27,698 nt of DNA from Desulfurococcaceae archaeon (lineage in GTDB: Archaea > Thermoproteota > Thermoprotei_A > Sulfolobales > Desulfurococcaceae): positions 1 to 27,698 of the forward strand of contig JAWBAI010000013.1 of assembly GCA_038816475.1 (NCBI GenBank). The letters are read 5' to 3'. Within the stretch, counting starts at the first letter, position 1. Each line of letters starts with the position of its first letter. Positions 7,090 through 16,141 of the stretch are shown here, in pieces. The position numbers and the translations under genes are program-made. The notes below the pieces were generated by a model that had not been told where the DNA came from, did not search any database, and was given only the letters and a program-made list of their open reading frames with translations.

Positions 7090-8181
7090 TTAACTACGTA
7101 TGACCAGGTTTTCCTTGAATAGCTCTCTTAGAACAACCGTAGCGTACATTCCTGGATCCAGCGTGAACTTGTACACTACTTCATTACCCTGTACCTCGAT
7201 GGTGTTTCCATGTGGTTTAAACAAAGCTGGCCTCTTGTAACAAGGCATGTACTTAAGCATCTCCATTGTTAATCCTTCTCTCTTAACTATGGACTCATAG
7301 TAAGTGTATGACTCGGTGCACCCAGGTAACGGTAAACTCTTGTTTTGAAGAAACTCTATTCCAAACGAATCCACGAGTTCATTGATTAGCATGTTGAACA
7401 GGTAACTCCCGTAGGCATGAATGAAAATACTCCTCGTGTACCTTGAGATCAGCTTTAATCCTGCACGTAATGGTGAACTAACATACCTCTGCTCGTACCA
7501 CAAGGTATCGAAGTCTAGTTTTACTCTTTTAATCAAGACATCGTCGCTCTCAAGCGGATACGGTGAACCCAGGAAATCCCTTGCGAAGAGATCTTCACGC
7601 TTTACTAGCATGTACTTTCCAAGCAAGTGAGTATTGTACCTTGAATACCCGAACCTCTGATATCCATAGTACGATGGCAACCCTACCTTCAAGATTAAAT
7701 CTACGATCTCCTTTAGTACATCGATATCCTCTCTAGTAGCATCTTTAATGTATACTGTGAACTTGTTTCCTAAGTGATGCACACGCCTAGGTTTACATTT
7801 CACGTAACCAATCAATTCGATGGTTACATTCTTCGTTACTATTGGAAAAACTGCTTTATCAACGAACGATGACTTCACGAAGAAGTACGATACTGCTAGA
7901 GCGTTTTTATCCTTCAATCCAAACAAGTGTATGTTAGACAATGGTACACCAAGATGCCTCTCCAAAAGCCTAATCACTTTTAGTGTATCAACTTCTCTTC
8001 GTACAGCACGTAGAACAGCGTAATCACCTTTCTCCACGTTAAAACCTAGCTTATCGAAATCCACAAGCTCTTCAACATGGAAGCTACTAGAGGAAGCTTC
8101 GAAAAGTATGTTTAGTTTTTTGCTTGTTAAAGCGTACTTTAAACCAGTTGCGTAATCCAATGGATGAGGGTATTTTATCAA
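7090..8181 (-). CDS. truD: tRNA pseudouridine synthase TruD/Pus7
   Basis: FHVEE, catalytic GLKDK, HLGNKF, PSYYGYQRFG, GMYATVVLREL. Confidence 0.92.
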   Translation of the reverse strand: MIKYPHPLDYATGLKYALTSKKLNILFEASSSSFHVEELVDFDKLGFNVEKGDYAVLRAVRREVDTLKVIRLLERHLGVPLSNIHLFGLKDKNALAVSYFFVKSSFVDKAVFPIVTKNVTIELIGYVKCKPRRVHHLGNKFTVYIKDATREDIDVLKEIVDLILKVGLPSYYGYQRFGYSRYNTHLLGKYMLVKREDLFARDFLGSPYPLESDDVLIKRVKLDFDTLWYEQRYVSSPLRAGLKLISRYTRSIFIHAYGSYLFNMLINELVDSFGIEFLQNKSLPLPGCTESYTYYESIVKREGLTMEMLKYMPCYKRPALFKPHGNTIEVQGNEVVYKFTLDPGMYATVVLRELFKENLVIRS

Positions 8182-8199
8182 GCAAACTCCCCGAGGAAT

Positions 8200-8547
8200 C
8201 TATAGTAGTTTCAAGTGACCCGTTATCTCGTCCACTCTATGGTCTGGCGCAGGTCCTATCGCTAGTGCTGTAGTTGTTCCAGGAGGAAGCTCCGTTAAAC
8301 CTGCATCGGCTACAAGAGCAACTGGTAAGCGCTTATCCAGTACCTTATTGTAAAGTTCAAGTAGTTCTTTTTCACTATCTACCTTTAAAACTACTTTCTT
8401 CTGTCCTTCTCTCCACCATTCAATAAACCATTCACGAAAATTGTGGTAAGCCTCAAACGCAGCCATCAAGGAGGCGTGCGCTACTTGAACCGCTAATTTC
8501 CCCTTGCTCATCTTTAGATCCGTTCTTACAACTATAACCTGCTTCAA
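8200..8547 (-). CDS. pth2: Peptidyl-tRNA hydrolase Pth2
   Basis: KQVIVVRTDLKMSKGKLAVQVAHA, DAGLTELPPGT, ITGHLKLL. Confidence 0.96.
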   Translation of the reverse strand: MKQVIVVRTDLKMSKGKLAVQVAHASLMAAFEAYHNFREWFIEWWREGQKKVVLKVDSEKELLELYNKVLDKRLPVALVADAGLTELPPGTTTALAIGPAPDHRVDEITGHLKLL

Positions 8548-8711
8548 ACCATGATCCCAAGCTCTGTACTCTAACCAGTTTTATGGTTTATCCTTAGGAT
8601 TTTTAACTAAGTGAAGTGCTACGTATGGTAAACGAGCACGATCGTATTTATAAAGCTTGAAATTCATGAAATAAACGCCGATGCTAGTTCACCGGGTTAA
8701 AGGTGCAAGGA

Positions 8712-8921
8712 ATGTCTACAGCTCAAACCTCGCTTATACACATGGAGGAAGAAGCTGTAATGCCGATCTGCAGTAGCTGTAAAAGACCGTTCAAGCCGGG
8801 AGACTACGGTGTAGAATTCACTTGTCCAAACTGTGGAAAAAGCATTATCAGAAGATGCAAGAGATGCAGAAAACTCTCAGTAGAGTACATATGTCCTAAC
8901 TGTGGATTTAGAGGTCCATGA
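8712..8921 (+). CDS. Small zinc-finger protein (DUF1610/HVO_2753-like)
   Basis: Four CxxC pairs (CSSC, CPNC, CKRC, CPNCGFRGP); conserved position upstream of EF-1beta; start uncertain (8703/8712/8742). Confidence 0.85.
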   Translation: MSTAQTSLIHMEEEAVMPICSSCKRPFKPGDYGVEFTCPNCGKSIIRRCKRCRKLSVEYICPNCGFRGP

Positions 8922-8924
8922 GTT

Positions 8925-9197
8925 ATGTCCAGAGTAGCAGTTGTACTAAGAATATTCCCAGAGGATGTAGCTACAAACCTGGAGAATATAGTGAACGAGA
9001 TAAAGCAGAAGTTACCGCCAGAGTACTCTCTTGAACTATGGGATACAGAGCCCATAGCCTTTGGGTTAAATGCACTAAGGGTTCTCATAGTAATGCCAGA
9101 GAACGTGGAGGGAGGTACTGAACACCTTGAAGAGCTTATCAGTCAAATACCCGGAGTAAGTCAAGTTGAAACAATCGTTGTACATAGAGTTTTCTAG
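8925..9197 (+). CDS. ef1b: Elongation factor 1-beta
   Basis: EPIAFGLNAL, GGTEHLEE, GVSQVE. Confidence 0.95.
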   Translation: MSRVAVVLRIFPEDVATNLENIVNEIKQKLPPEYSLELWDTEPIAFGLNALRVLIVMPENVEGGTEHLEELISQIPGVSQVETIVVHRVF

Positions 9198-9206
9198 CTG
9201 GAATCT

Positions 9207-9285
9207 GGCAACCTCGTGAAGCGGGCCTTTTCAACACTGAGAGAATACAGCATTTTAAACCCGGGTTCCCTCGTCATCGGTTGCC
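9207..9285 (-). ncRNA. Candidate K-turn / box C/D-like small RNA
   Basis: 7-bp terminal stem GGCAACC/GGTTGCC directly flanking C-like ATGACGA and D-like ACGA; internal C'-like GTGTTGA; TTATTATA about 25 nt upstream. Confidence 0.5.
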
Positions 9286-9324
9286 TATAGAGTAGTAACC
9301 AGGAACTCTATAATAAGCATTAAG

Positions 9325-9930
9325 CTACTTAAACTCTTTTCTCCAAAGCTCCGTCATTCTTCTTCTTCTGATGCTGAACATTTCTCTATCTACGTACTTG
9401 TATACCGTTGAGTGCATTCTACCTTCAATGAGCATTTCGATCGCTCTTTTCGCTATATTTGCTGTTTCATAGTCTCCTATTATCGCAACATATGGTTCAT
9501 AAACGGAGATGTATGTGCTGGTTAGTTCTTCGAGTGTTCTTCTAGCTCTACCCTCTTCACCGATCACTCTTCCTAGAACCCTCCTTACGTGGTTAGGTCT
9601 ATTTCCAACGTACTGTCTTACGTCTATGACTTCAAGGGTCTGATCATCCTCCAGTAATCTGAATGCTCTTTCAGGACTAAACCCGTATCCAATAGCTTTC
9701 ACGGTGTTCTGGGCTTTCATCAAGTCGAGAGCCGATGTGTGTGGAAAGGCCGGTTCTATTACAACAGCTCCAGTATCGGGGTTAACCGTTATAATAGTCT
9801 TCGTTTTCTCTTCTATTTCTTTCTTTACGCTTCCGTTGTTTGCTAAGAGAACTCCTACTCTCTCTGTTGGTATCTTCTCGTATAATCTCGTTACTCCTAA
9901 GATAAACTTACCTGTTTCTTCTCCAGACAT
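9325..9930 (-). CDS. KH-domain pre-rRNA processing protein Dim2/Pno1
   Basis: AIGYGFSPERAF, GRVIGEEGRARRTLEELT, GRMHSTVY; in the rio1 operon. Confidence 0.92.
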   Translation of the reverse strand: MSGEETGKFILGVTRLYEKIPTERVGVLLANNGSVKKEIEEKTKTIITVNPDTGAVVIEPAFPHTSALDLMKAQNTVKAIGYGFSPERAFRLLEDDQTLEVIDVRQYVGNRPNHVRRVLGRVIGEEGRARRTLEELTSTYISVYEPYVAIIGDYETANIAKRAIEMLIEGRMHSTVYKYVDREMFSIRRRRMTELWRKEFK

Positions 9931-10727
9931 AGCCTTAAACGCCCCAGTAGCTCTTCTGCCTTATCCACAGAGATGCCTACTTCTTTCTCAAAAAACTGCA
10001 CAATGTTCCTTATATCTCTGGTTAAGAATTCCAGTGCATTAGGGTGGTTTAAATCAACAGCTTGACTAACATCTATTATAGCTATATCGATGTTCGATTC
10101 ATCCAGGAACTTGACCACAATGTTGTACTCTGATAAATCCCCGTGGACAAGTTTAGCTTTACAAACGATTTTCTCTAGCTCTTCAATCACCAAATGGTAT
10201 ACTTTCACTAGTTCTTCCTTTGAGAGCTCTCTATATACCTCAACTAGGAGAGGATATCTTGTTCTATCCTCGCCGACGAACTCCATTACAAGAACATTAT
10301 TTAAGCACGTAATAGGCTTAGGAACTTTAACACCAGCTTCGCACATTCTCATGAGATTTCTGTACTCTTTACGTGCCCATGCTATAACGAGGGCTCTTGT
10401 ATCCTTCGGCTTTAACCCTTCGAACCGAGGATCACCCAGAATGTACTTGTACCTGCCCTTCTTGAACTCAGCCGAGCTCGTTAAGTATATCTTTACTGCT
10501 ACAGGGTTGTTGGCAAAGTCGTAGCCAAGGTAGACCTTTGATTCTTTACCAGCACTTATTACACCACTTATTCTCTTCAATACGCGTCTTCTATACAACT
10601 CTATGATCGTCATAACTGTAGAGTAATCAAAAACTTCGTCTACCACCTCGAATAGGTCTCTATCCTTTATTCTCTCTTCTAGTGGTTTCTGCTTCTTTTT
10701 TATTAACCTCTCTATCTCATCCTTCAT
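9897..10727 (-). CDS. rio1: RIO1 atypical kinase/ATPase
   Basis: ISAGKESKVY, AVKIY, LVHGDLSEYNI, IIDVSQAV. Confidence 0.95.
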   Translation of the reverse strand: MKDEIERLIKKKQKPLEERIKDRDLFEVVDEVFDYSTVMTIIELYRRRVLKRISGVISAGKESKVYLGYDFANNPVAVKIYLTSSAEFKKGRYKYILGDPRFEGLKPKDTRALVIAWARKEYRNLMRMCEAGVKVPKPITCLNNVLVMEFVGEDRTRYPLLVEVYRELSKEELVKVYHLVIEELEKIVCKAKLVHGDLSEYNIVVKFLDESNIDIAIIDVSQAVDLNHPNALEFLTRDIRNIVQFFEKEVGISVDKAEELLGRLRLCLEKKQVSLS

Positions 10728-11059
10728 ACTAATCCGCTTATTGCATCAACGAACTCCCTTGGTATTATCCCCTGCTCAACGAGCTTGTTTACATCGCTCT
10801 TGCTGTACTTGTGTATAATATCGCACTTATCTGAGTCAGGTCCCCACAAACCCACGAGAACTATGTCTCCTTCTATAATCCACATTTTTCTTCTGATTTT
10901 TCCAGGAATTCTTGCTTTTCTATCGCGTCCATCAATGCATTTAACTAGTAGGTAGTCTGCTCCAAGGTGTCTTATAACACCACATACTATTATGCCCTCG
11001 GAGGGGTTGGGTAGCGGTATTTCTGGAGCTACTTCTTCTGGTTCCTTCTTCTTAGGCAT
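10724..11059 (-). CDS. eif1a: Translation initiation factor aIF-1A
   Basis: RKARIPGKIRRKMWIIEGDIVLV; GGTGA SD favours ATG 11059. Confidence 0.95.
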   Translation of the reverse strand: MPKKKEPEEVAPEIPLPNPSEGIIVCGVIRHLGADYLLVKCIDGRDRKARIPGKIRRKMWIIEGDIVLVGLWGPDSDKCDIIHKYSKSDVNKLVEQGIIPREFVDAISGLV

Positions 11060-11078
11060 AGAGTTCACCCGTGTTCTT

Positions 11079-12125
11079 CTATGGTATGAGCGCCTCTATA
11101 TTGCTGTCAACTCTTACTAATAATACCTTGCTTCCGGGCTTAAGACTACTGAAGATATTGATGAATGGGCGAAGCTTTCTTCGAGTATCACTGGTTAAAC
11201 TTCTCAAGGTCACTGTACCATCATCGTTTACAGATTCAACAAGGTATTCCTCGTACTCCACTCGAGTTGGATATCTCAGAAGCTCGCTCCAATAGTACTT
11301 TACATTTACACTCTCGTATTTATCAGTCTCCGGTATCCATAGAACAATTTTACCTCGCTCAGCACTTTTGACGTATGCAAGCTTGTTCTTGTAGATGACC
11401 ACATCTCCTTCTGATAACACGGGAACTCTAACAGAGTATGTAACAACACCGAGTGGCTTACTTCTCCGCGTGTTAAACCCGGTTTGTTTGAACGAACTCG
11501 TGATTTTTGCACCGTAGTGTTTACTTAGAACATCTATGATTTTTCTAGTAACGGCTGCATCTTCTAGCTCGAGATCCAGTCCTTCTTTCACTTCTTTAAT
11601 GTTTACAAACCTATCTCCAACATAACTTAGTACCTCCTGCATTATGGATCCAAGTACTTTAGCTGGTACTCTTGGTGTTGTAAATCTTACTTGAACCAAG
11701 TACTTGTACTTCCCTGTAGCTCTGGATATACAGGTGGGACATGTTCTGTGGTTAATGTAGACCTTTAAAGGAACCTCGTAGTACAAGGTTTTCTCATCAA
11801 CCCTTATTTCTAGAACTGTGTTCACACTATATACATTAGAGGATATTCTATCGAAGCTGGTTATTAGCAAGCCCTGGAGATCGACTCCTTCTATGATGCA
11901 TCGATGCAGATTACTCTCTAGTGTTGCCTGAAGTACCTCTTCCTCGGTAGAGGGTGGATACCACTCTCCCTTGTTTACCCATGATCCACACCTAGGACAA
12001 ACCGTTACTTCGAACTCGGGACTGCCAGTAATGATGTTGACGTGTTTTCTGAAGCACTCTGAACACATTCCCTTCACTAGCTCCTCCTTGGGTAGAGGTC
12101 TACCGCATCGAATGCAAAAACGCAT
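11079..12125 (-). CDS. nmd3: NMD3 ribosome biogenesis factor
   Basis: Four CxxC pairs (CIRC, CSEC, CPRC, CPTC), LVQVR; conserved gene context. Confidence 0.88.
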   Translation of the reverse strand: MRFCIRCGRPLPKEELVKGMCSECFRKHVNIITGSPEFEVTVCPRCGSWVNKGEWYPPSTEEEVLQATLESNLHRCIIEGVDLQGLLITSFDRISSNVYSVNTVLEIRVDEKTLYYEVPLKVYINHRTCPTCISRATGKYKYLVQVRFTTPRVPAKVLGSIMQEVLSYVGDRFVNIKEVKEGLDLELEDAAVTRKIIDVLSKHYGAKITSSFKQTGFNTRRSKPLGVVTYSVRVPVLSEGDVVIYKNKLAYVKSAERGKIVLWIPETDKYESVNVKYYWSELLRYPTRVEYEEYLVESVNDDGTVTLRSLTSDTRRKLRPFINIFSSLKPGSKVLLVRVDSNIEALIP

Positions 12126-12128
12126 GTC

Positions 12129-12455
12129 TTAGATCCTCGTGAAGTACGCTATTGGAACACCACCAACTCTTAGTACAGCACTTGGATGGACGAGTCCACT
12201 TGTTAGTGCTACCTTTACCGCTTCTTCACCAACAATATTAGCCATATCCGCGGATTTCAAAAGCTCCAGTAGTTCTCTAGCTGTTTTTAATTCACCCATG
12301 TAAAAACTAGGTGTGATGTAAACCCTGAGGTTCTTTTCGGGTTCTTCGAGGACTCGACCTATCAACTCTTCATCGCAAGCTGCAATGAGTATTCCCATTG
12401 TGGTTTCATGAAGCTTAACGTAAACACGCTTACCACTGGAAGTTGTACTCAACAT
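12129..12455 (-). CDS. DUF424 family protein
   Basis: LIAACDEELIG, FYMGE, ANIVGEEAV, GVPIA. Confidence 0.88.
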   Translation of the reverse strand: MLSTTSSGKRVYVKLHETTMGILIAACDEELIGRVLEEPEKNLRVYITPSFYMGELKTARELLELLKSADMANIVGEEAVKVALTSGLVHPSAVLRVGGVPIAYFTRI

Positions 12456-12467
12456 ATTACACCTAGG

Positions 12468-12893
12468 TTAAAATGCGGGAAGAGTTGTCTCAGCACCGCA
12501 GGCTTCACACTTCAAGCTGAATACTTTACCTTTCTTGATGAGCTTCGTGTGCACCGAACCGCACGTTAAGCACTTAACGTACTTTTGAACAAAGTGTTCA
12601 AGGAGCTGATTTATAGCCGTTGAGCTGAACTTACCACGTAACTCTAACTGGCCTGCTTCATTAATGGATCCCGGCACGTTGAGCTCTTTCATGAAGTACC
12701 TTCGTAAGAGCTCTTCATCTCTTCCCAGTACGTGAGCTATATCCCTGAAGTTCTGTATAATAGTTTTACCACCAATTACTAGTACATTTGCTTTCGGCAT
12801 TTCGAAAACCTCTTCGCTTCCTCTTCTTCCAGCTAGCTTAGCGTAAGCTCTATCGAGCAGCTCTTCGTAAGTATACCACTTGTAGCTACTCAA
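12468..12893 (-). CDS. eif2b: Translation initiation factor aIF-2 beta
   Basis: YEELLDRAY, TIIQNF, zinc ribbon CLTC...CEACGA. Confidence 0.96.
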   Translation of the reverse strand: MSSYKWYTYEELLDRAYAKLAGRRGSEEVFEMPKANVLVIGGKTIIQNFRDIAHVLGRDEELLRRYFMKELNVPGSINEAGQLELRGKFSSTAINQLLEHFVQKYVKCLTCGSVHTKLIKKGKVFSLKCEACGAETTLPAF

Positions 12894-12967
12894 AGAATCA
12901 CCCCCTACTCTTGAGTCTAATTAGGGAATATTATATAGATGTTACTGCAAAGCAGGTATTAAATACT

Positions 12968-14242
12968 ATGAAAGTGTACATTGAAACCTACGGTTGTGCG
13001 CTTAACAAAAGCGATGAAGCTCTTATGATAAGTGCTTTGATGAGCAGAGGACACCGGGTAGTTGATACTATAGATGAAGCTGATGTTGTAGTTGTCAACA
13101 CGTGCACCGTAAGACTTGATACAGAGTATAAAATGATCAGCAGAATACGGGAACTTCACAAACTATGCTCTGAAACAGGGAAAAAGCTCATAGTAGCAGG
13201 GTGTATGGCTAAGGTACAACCATACACAGTAAGCTTAGTTGCACCTAGTGCATCGCTTGTTTCACCTCAGAATGCAGGTAGAATACACGTTGCTGTCGAA
13301 TCCAAGAACAGAGTAGTACTGCTCGAGGGTAAACGTGAGAGAAACCTCATAGGAGTATGTCAAGGCAAGATTACTCCAATAGCTGTGCAGGAGGGGTGTT
13401 TGGGAAACTGCACTTTCTGCATAGCGAAGTACGCTAGAAGAGAGCTTGTAAGCCACAGCATAGAAGCGATCACTAGTGCTGTGAAAAAGGCCGTTGAACA
13501 AGGTGCTGTAGAAATAGAACTAACTGGAATGGATCTAGGAACATACGGGCTTGATCTCTACAGGAGAAGAGCTCTACCAGACCTCTTAAGAACACTGGTG
13601 AACATTGAGGGAAACTACAGGATAAGGATAGGCATGATCAACCCAGAGCACTTCCGCTATATACTAGATGACCTGGTGGATGTTCTGAAAACGAGTAGCA
13701 AGGTGTACAAGTTTCTCCACATACCACTTCAGTCCGGTAGTGACAAAGTACTAAAGCTGATGGGAAGAAGATACAGCGTTGACGAGTACAGGTCTTTCGT
13801 GAAGGAAATTAAGAGAAAAATCCCCAATGTAAGCATAGCAACAGACATTATAGTGGGTTTCCCCGGCGAAGAAGAGGAAGACTTTGAATGCACAATTAAA
13901 GTCATAAAGGAACTTGAATTCGAAAGAGTGCATTTAGCAAGCTATAGCATTAGACCACTAACCCTTGCCGCGTCCATGAAGCAGATTAACACTCGCGTTA
14001 AGAAAAGCAGAATGAGGAGAGCTCTCGAGGTAATTGTAACCGTAGGACTGAGAGTTAGAGAACAGTATATAGGAAGAGTTGTGGAGGGTTACATAACCGA
14101 GAAGACTGATAACTGGATTGCACGGTTAGACAACTATATTCCAGTAGTATTAAAGACTAGCCGCAACGTGGATTTTGGTGGCTTCGTTAAAGTGTTCGTA
14201 GATGAGGCAACGTTTTTCGACTTAAGAGGCCATGTTATTTAA
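12968..14242 (+). CDS. MiaB-like radical SAM tRNA methylthiotransferase (archaeal MtaB-type)
   Basis: ETYGCALN, NTCTV, GCM, CxxxCxxC (CLGNCTFC), HIPLQSGS, TDIIVGFPGE, TRAM-like C terminus; ATG 12968 preferred over TTG 12911. Confidence 0.92.
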   Translation: MKVYIETYGCALNKSDEALMISALMSRGHRVVDTIDEADVVVVNTCTVRLDTEYKMISRIRELHKLCSETGKKLIVAGCMAKVQPYTVSLVAPSASLVSPQNAGRIHVAVESKNRVVLLEGKRERNLIGVCQGKITPIAVQEGCLGNCTFCIAKYARRELVSHSIEAITSAVKKAVEQGAVEIELTGMDLGTYGLDLYRRRALPDLLRTLVNIEGNYRIRIGMINPEHFRYILDDLVDVLKTSSKVYKFLHIPLQSGSDKVLKLMGRRYSVDEYRSFVKEIKRKIPNVSIATDIIVGFPGEEEEDFECTIKVIKELEFERVHLASYSIRPLTLAASMKQINTRVKKSRMRRALEVIVTVGLRVREQYIGRVVEGYITEKTDNWIARLDNYIPVVLKTSRNVDFGGFVKVFVDEATFFDLRGHVI

Positions 14243-15074
14243 AGTGCTCAATACCCGAAAGAGGAATACTTACTACAACGTCTTTTAATACTACGTTAGG
14301 CGAAGACTCCATAGCTACGTTGTTAACGACCTCGCTGATTTCTCTGGAGATCTTAACCAGATCCAGGGAGCGAACGGGGTAACTCACCGGGTTTAGTTTG
14401 ATCAGGAGTTTTGTCCGCGTTCTCGATATTTCGCTGACTTGAACTTTCTTTTCTCTCTTTGTACCTGTAAACGTGTAATTCTCGAGAGAGGAAACCGTTT
14501 TTTCAACAAATAGGTAGCATTTGTCTAATTCCACGCATTCATATTCTACGGAGACTTCGATTGGGATACACACGAACGAGGGTGCCAGGATGGCGTTGAA
14601 GAAGTGCTCGTTTCTAATTAGATAGATGTTTCCGTGTACATCGTGAATTTCAACATACTGTGGATGCATGTGAAGAGATGTTGCTTCTACTTTTAATCCA
14701 TACTGTGGTAAGTAGATCGCATGTGGTGTGGGCTTGAGGGTTGCACGAATGGCTACTCCGATAATGTAGGATCTTATGATGTTGAAGAACATTACGAAGC
14801 CTACTACAACGAACCCTGTTATTACGGCTGCTACGATAACCCAGTATTCCTTCACTACGATGAACGTGCTTACTACTAGTATACTTGCTATCACGAATAG
14901 GTTCACTATGGTGAGAACCACGTTTCTAACGGAATAAGTTAGTCTACCAGTAGCTACTAGAGAATCCAGTAGTTTCTTAATAGCTAGCCTGAAAACTCCT
15001 AGAACAAATATAACCACTATGATGAGTACAATATCACTCATGATCGTCGCAAATCCCTGTGAGCCAGGTGACAT
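14235..15074 (-). CDS. MscS-like membrane protein (divergent)
   Basis: Three N-terminal hydrophobic segments followed by a beta-rich soluble region (EIHDVHGNIYLIRNEHF resembles the MscS DG..V.IPN motif). Confidence 0.6.
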   Translation of the reverse strand: MSPGSQGFATIMSDIVLIIVVIFVLGVFRLAIKKLLDSLVATGRLTYSVRNVVLTIVNLFVIASILVVSTFIVVKEYWVIVAAVITGFVVVGFVMFFNIIRSYIIGVAIRATLKPTPHAIYLPQYGLKVEATSLHMHPQYVEIHDVHGNIYLIRNEHFFNAILAPSFVCIPIEVSVEYECVELDKCYLFVEKTVSSLENYTFTGTKREKKVQVSEISRTRTKLLIKLNPVSYPVRSLDLVKISREISEVVNNVAMESSPNVVLKDVVVSIPLSGIEHFK

Positions 15075-15081
15075 AGCGTGA

Positions 15082-15741
15082 TTAACCTCTTATTTTTCTT
15101 ATGAACGAGTCGTCGGGTGCCAACACAAACAGCACGCTTCCCGGAGTTAAAATAGTATCTTCCGAAGCAGGTTTCAACTCCGAGTCCTGGAATACAAGTA
15201 CGGGCTTTGCACCGTTCTCTTCGAGCTTTAGATCACCCAGCTTACTGTTAGCACTGAAATCAGATTCACTTATAGTTACAACGTACAGCTTCTCCGTTGG
15301 CGTTTCAGCTAGTAGATGCGCCTCTGTAATTGAAGCTAGTATGTACTTCAAAATACTTGTAACAATGGTGTGTTTAGTTAATGGTAATCCAAGCTGTAGC
15401 TTACTAGCAATTCTGGCAACCTCGGAGTTACTGAACAACCCTATTCTAATAGGTACTTCGTAAACCTTTGCTACGGATAAAGCTAGTAGATTAACCTCGT
15501 CTCTATCCGTTAAGGCGAGAACAGCGTTTACTTCCTGCATGTTTATGTTAGTGTACACGGAAGCGTCCGAGGCATCCGCCTCTATCACTAGAACATCGCC
15601 AAGTCTTTCAAGGATAGGTCTACGGGAGGGGTCCTTCTCGATAACTATGACCTCTTCGAATTTTTCCTTGGCAAACTGAGATGAAAGAAGCAACTCGGTG
15701 ACTCGACCACCACCTACGATTAAGACCTTTAAACGAGCCAT
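15082..15741 (-). CDS. TrkA/RCK-domain protein
   Basis: VLIVGGGRV, VIEKD, EADAS, ALTDRDEVNLL, followed by a TrkA-C-like domain. Confidence 0.85.
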   Translation of the reverse strand: MARLKVLIVGGGRVTELLLSSQFAKEKFEEVIVIEKDPSRRPILERLGDVLVIEADASDASVYTNINMQEVNAVLALTDRDEVNLLALSVAKVYEVPIRIGLFSNSEVARIASKLQLGLPLTKHTIVTSILKYILASITEAHLLAETPTEKLYVVTISESDFSANSKLGDLKLEENGAKPVLVFQDSELKPASEDTILTPGSVLFVLAPDDSFIRKIRG

Positions 15742-15871
15742 TTGTAACCCTCTATTAAACAAAAGCATTATACACTACTAAGCTACTAAAATAGTCACCT
15801 TCACCTTATATAAGTAAACCTGCGGTAGAGGAGCCAGCCGCAAGAATAATTTGAAAAGTAATCGTGGAGAG

Positions 15872-15978
15872 CGGGCCCGCCGGGATTTGAACCCGGGTCC
15901 TCCGGCTATCCTCGAGCAAAGTAGCCGTTGAAAAATACTTAGAAGGCCGGCGCCCTATCCTGGCTAGGCGACGGGCCC
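15872..15978 (-). tRNA. tRNA-Arg(TCT) with 32-nt intron (15908-15939) at 37/38
   Basis: CCGGC-CT-TCT-A|A-GCCGG; BHB central helix CUUC/GAGG; exons nearly identical to tRNA-Arg(CCT). Confidence 0.95.
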
Positions 15979-16035
15979 ATTCCCAAGTTTCACAAGATGT
16001 GTGAGGGAATTATATACTTTACTGTTTCCCATCCT

Positions 16036-16123
16036 ATGTTTCGTGGGTTTCCTAAGGAGGATCACCATGTTTTCTCAGGTTTCCCCCAGGATCGCGCAAA
16101 AACGTTGAAATCCTAGAGAAACC
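16036..16123. repeat. Three copies of GGTTTC-N3/4-AGGA (two direct, one inverted)
   Basis: 16046-16058 GGTTTCCTAAGGA; 16078-16091 GGTTTCCCCCAGGA; 16111-16123 inverted GGTTTCTCTAGGA. Confidence 0.55.
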
Positions 16124-16141
16124 GCAGACAAAAGGTAGCTC

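Noticed and set aside
15821-15842. Small hairpin TGCGGT...GCCGCA downstream of tRNA-Arg(TCT)
   Set aside because: Only 6 bp and no other support
4-15978. Near-identical tRNA-Arg exons as attL/attR of a 16-kb element
   Set aside because: Both are complete genes with different anticodons, and the intervening genes are mostly core housekeeping
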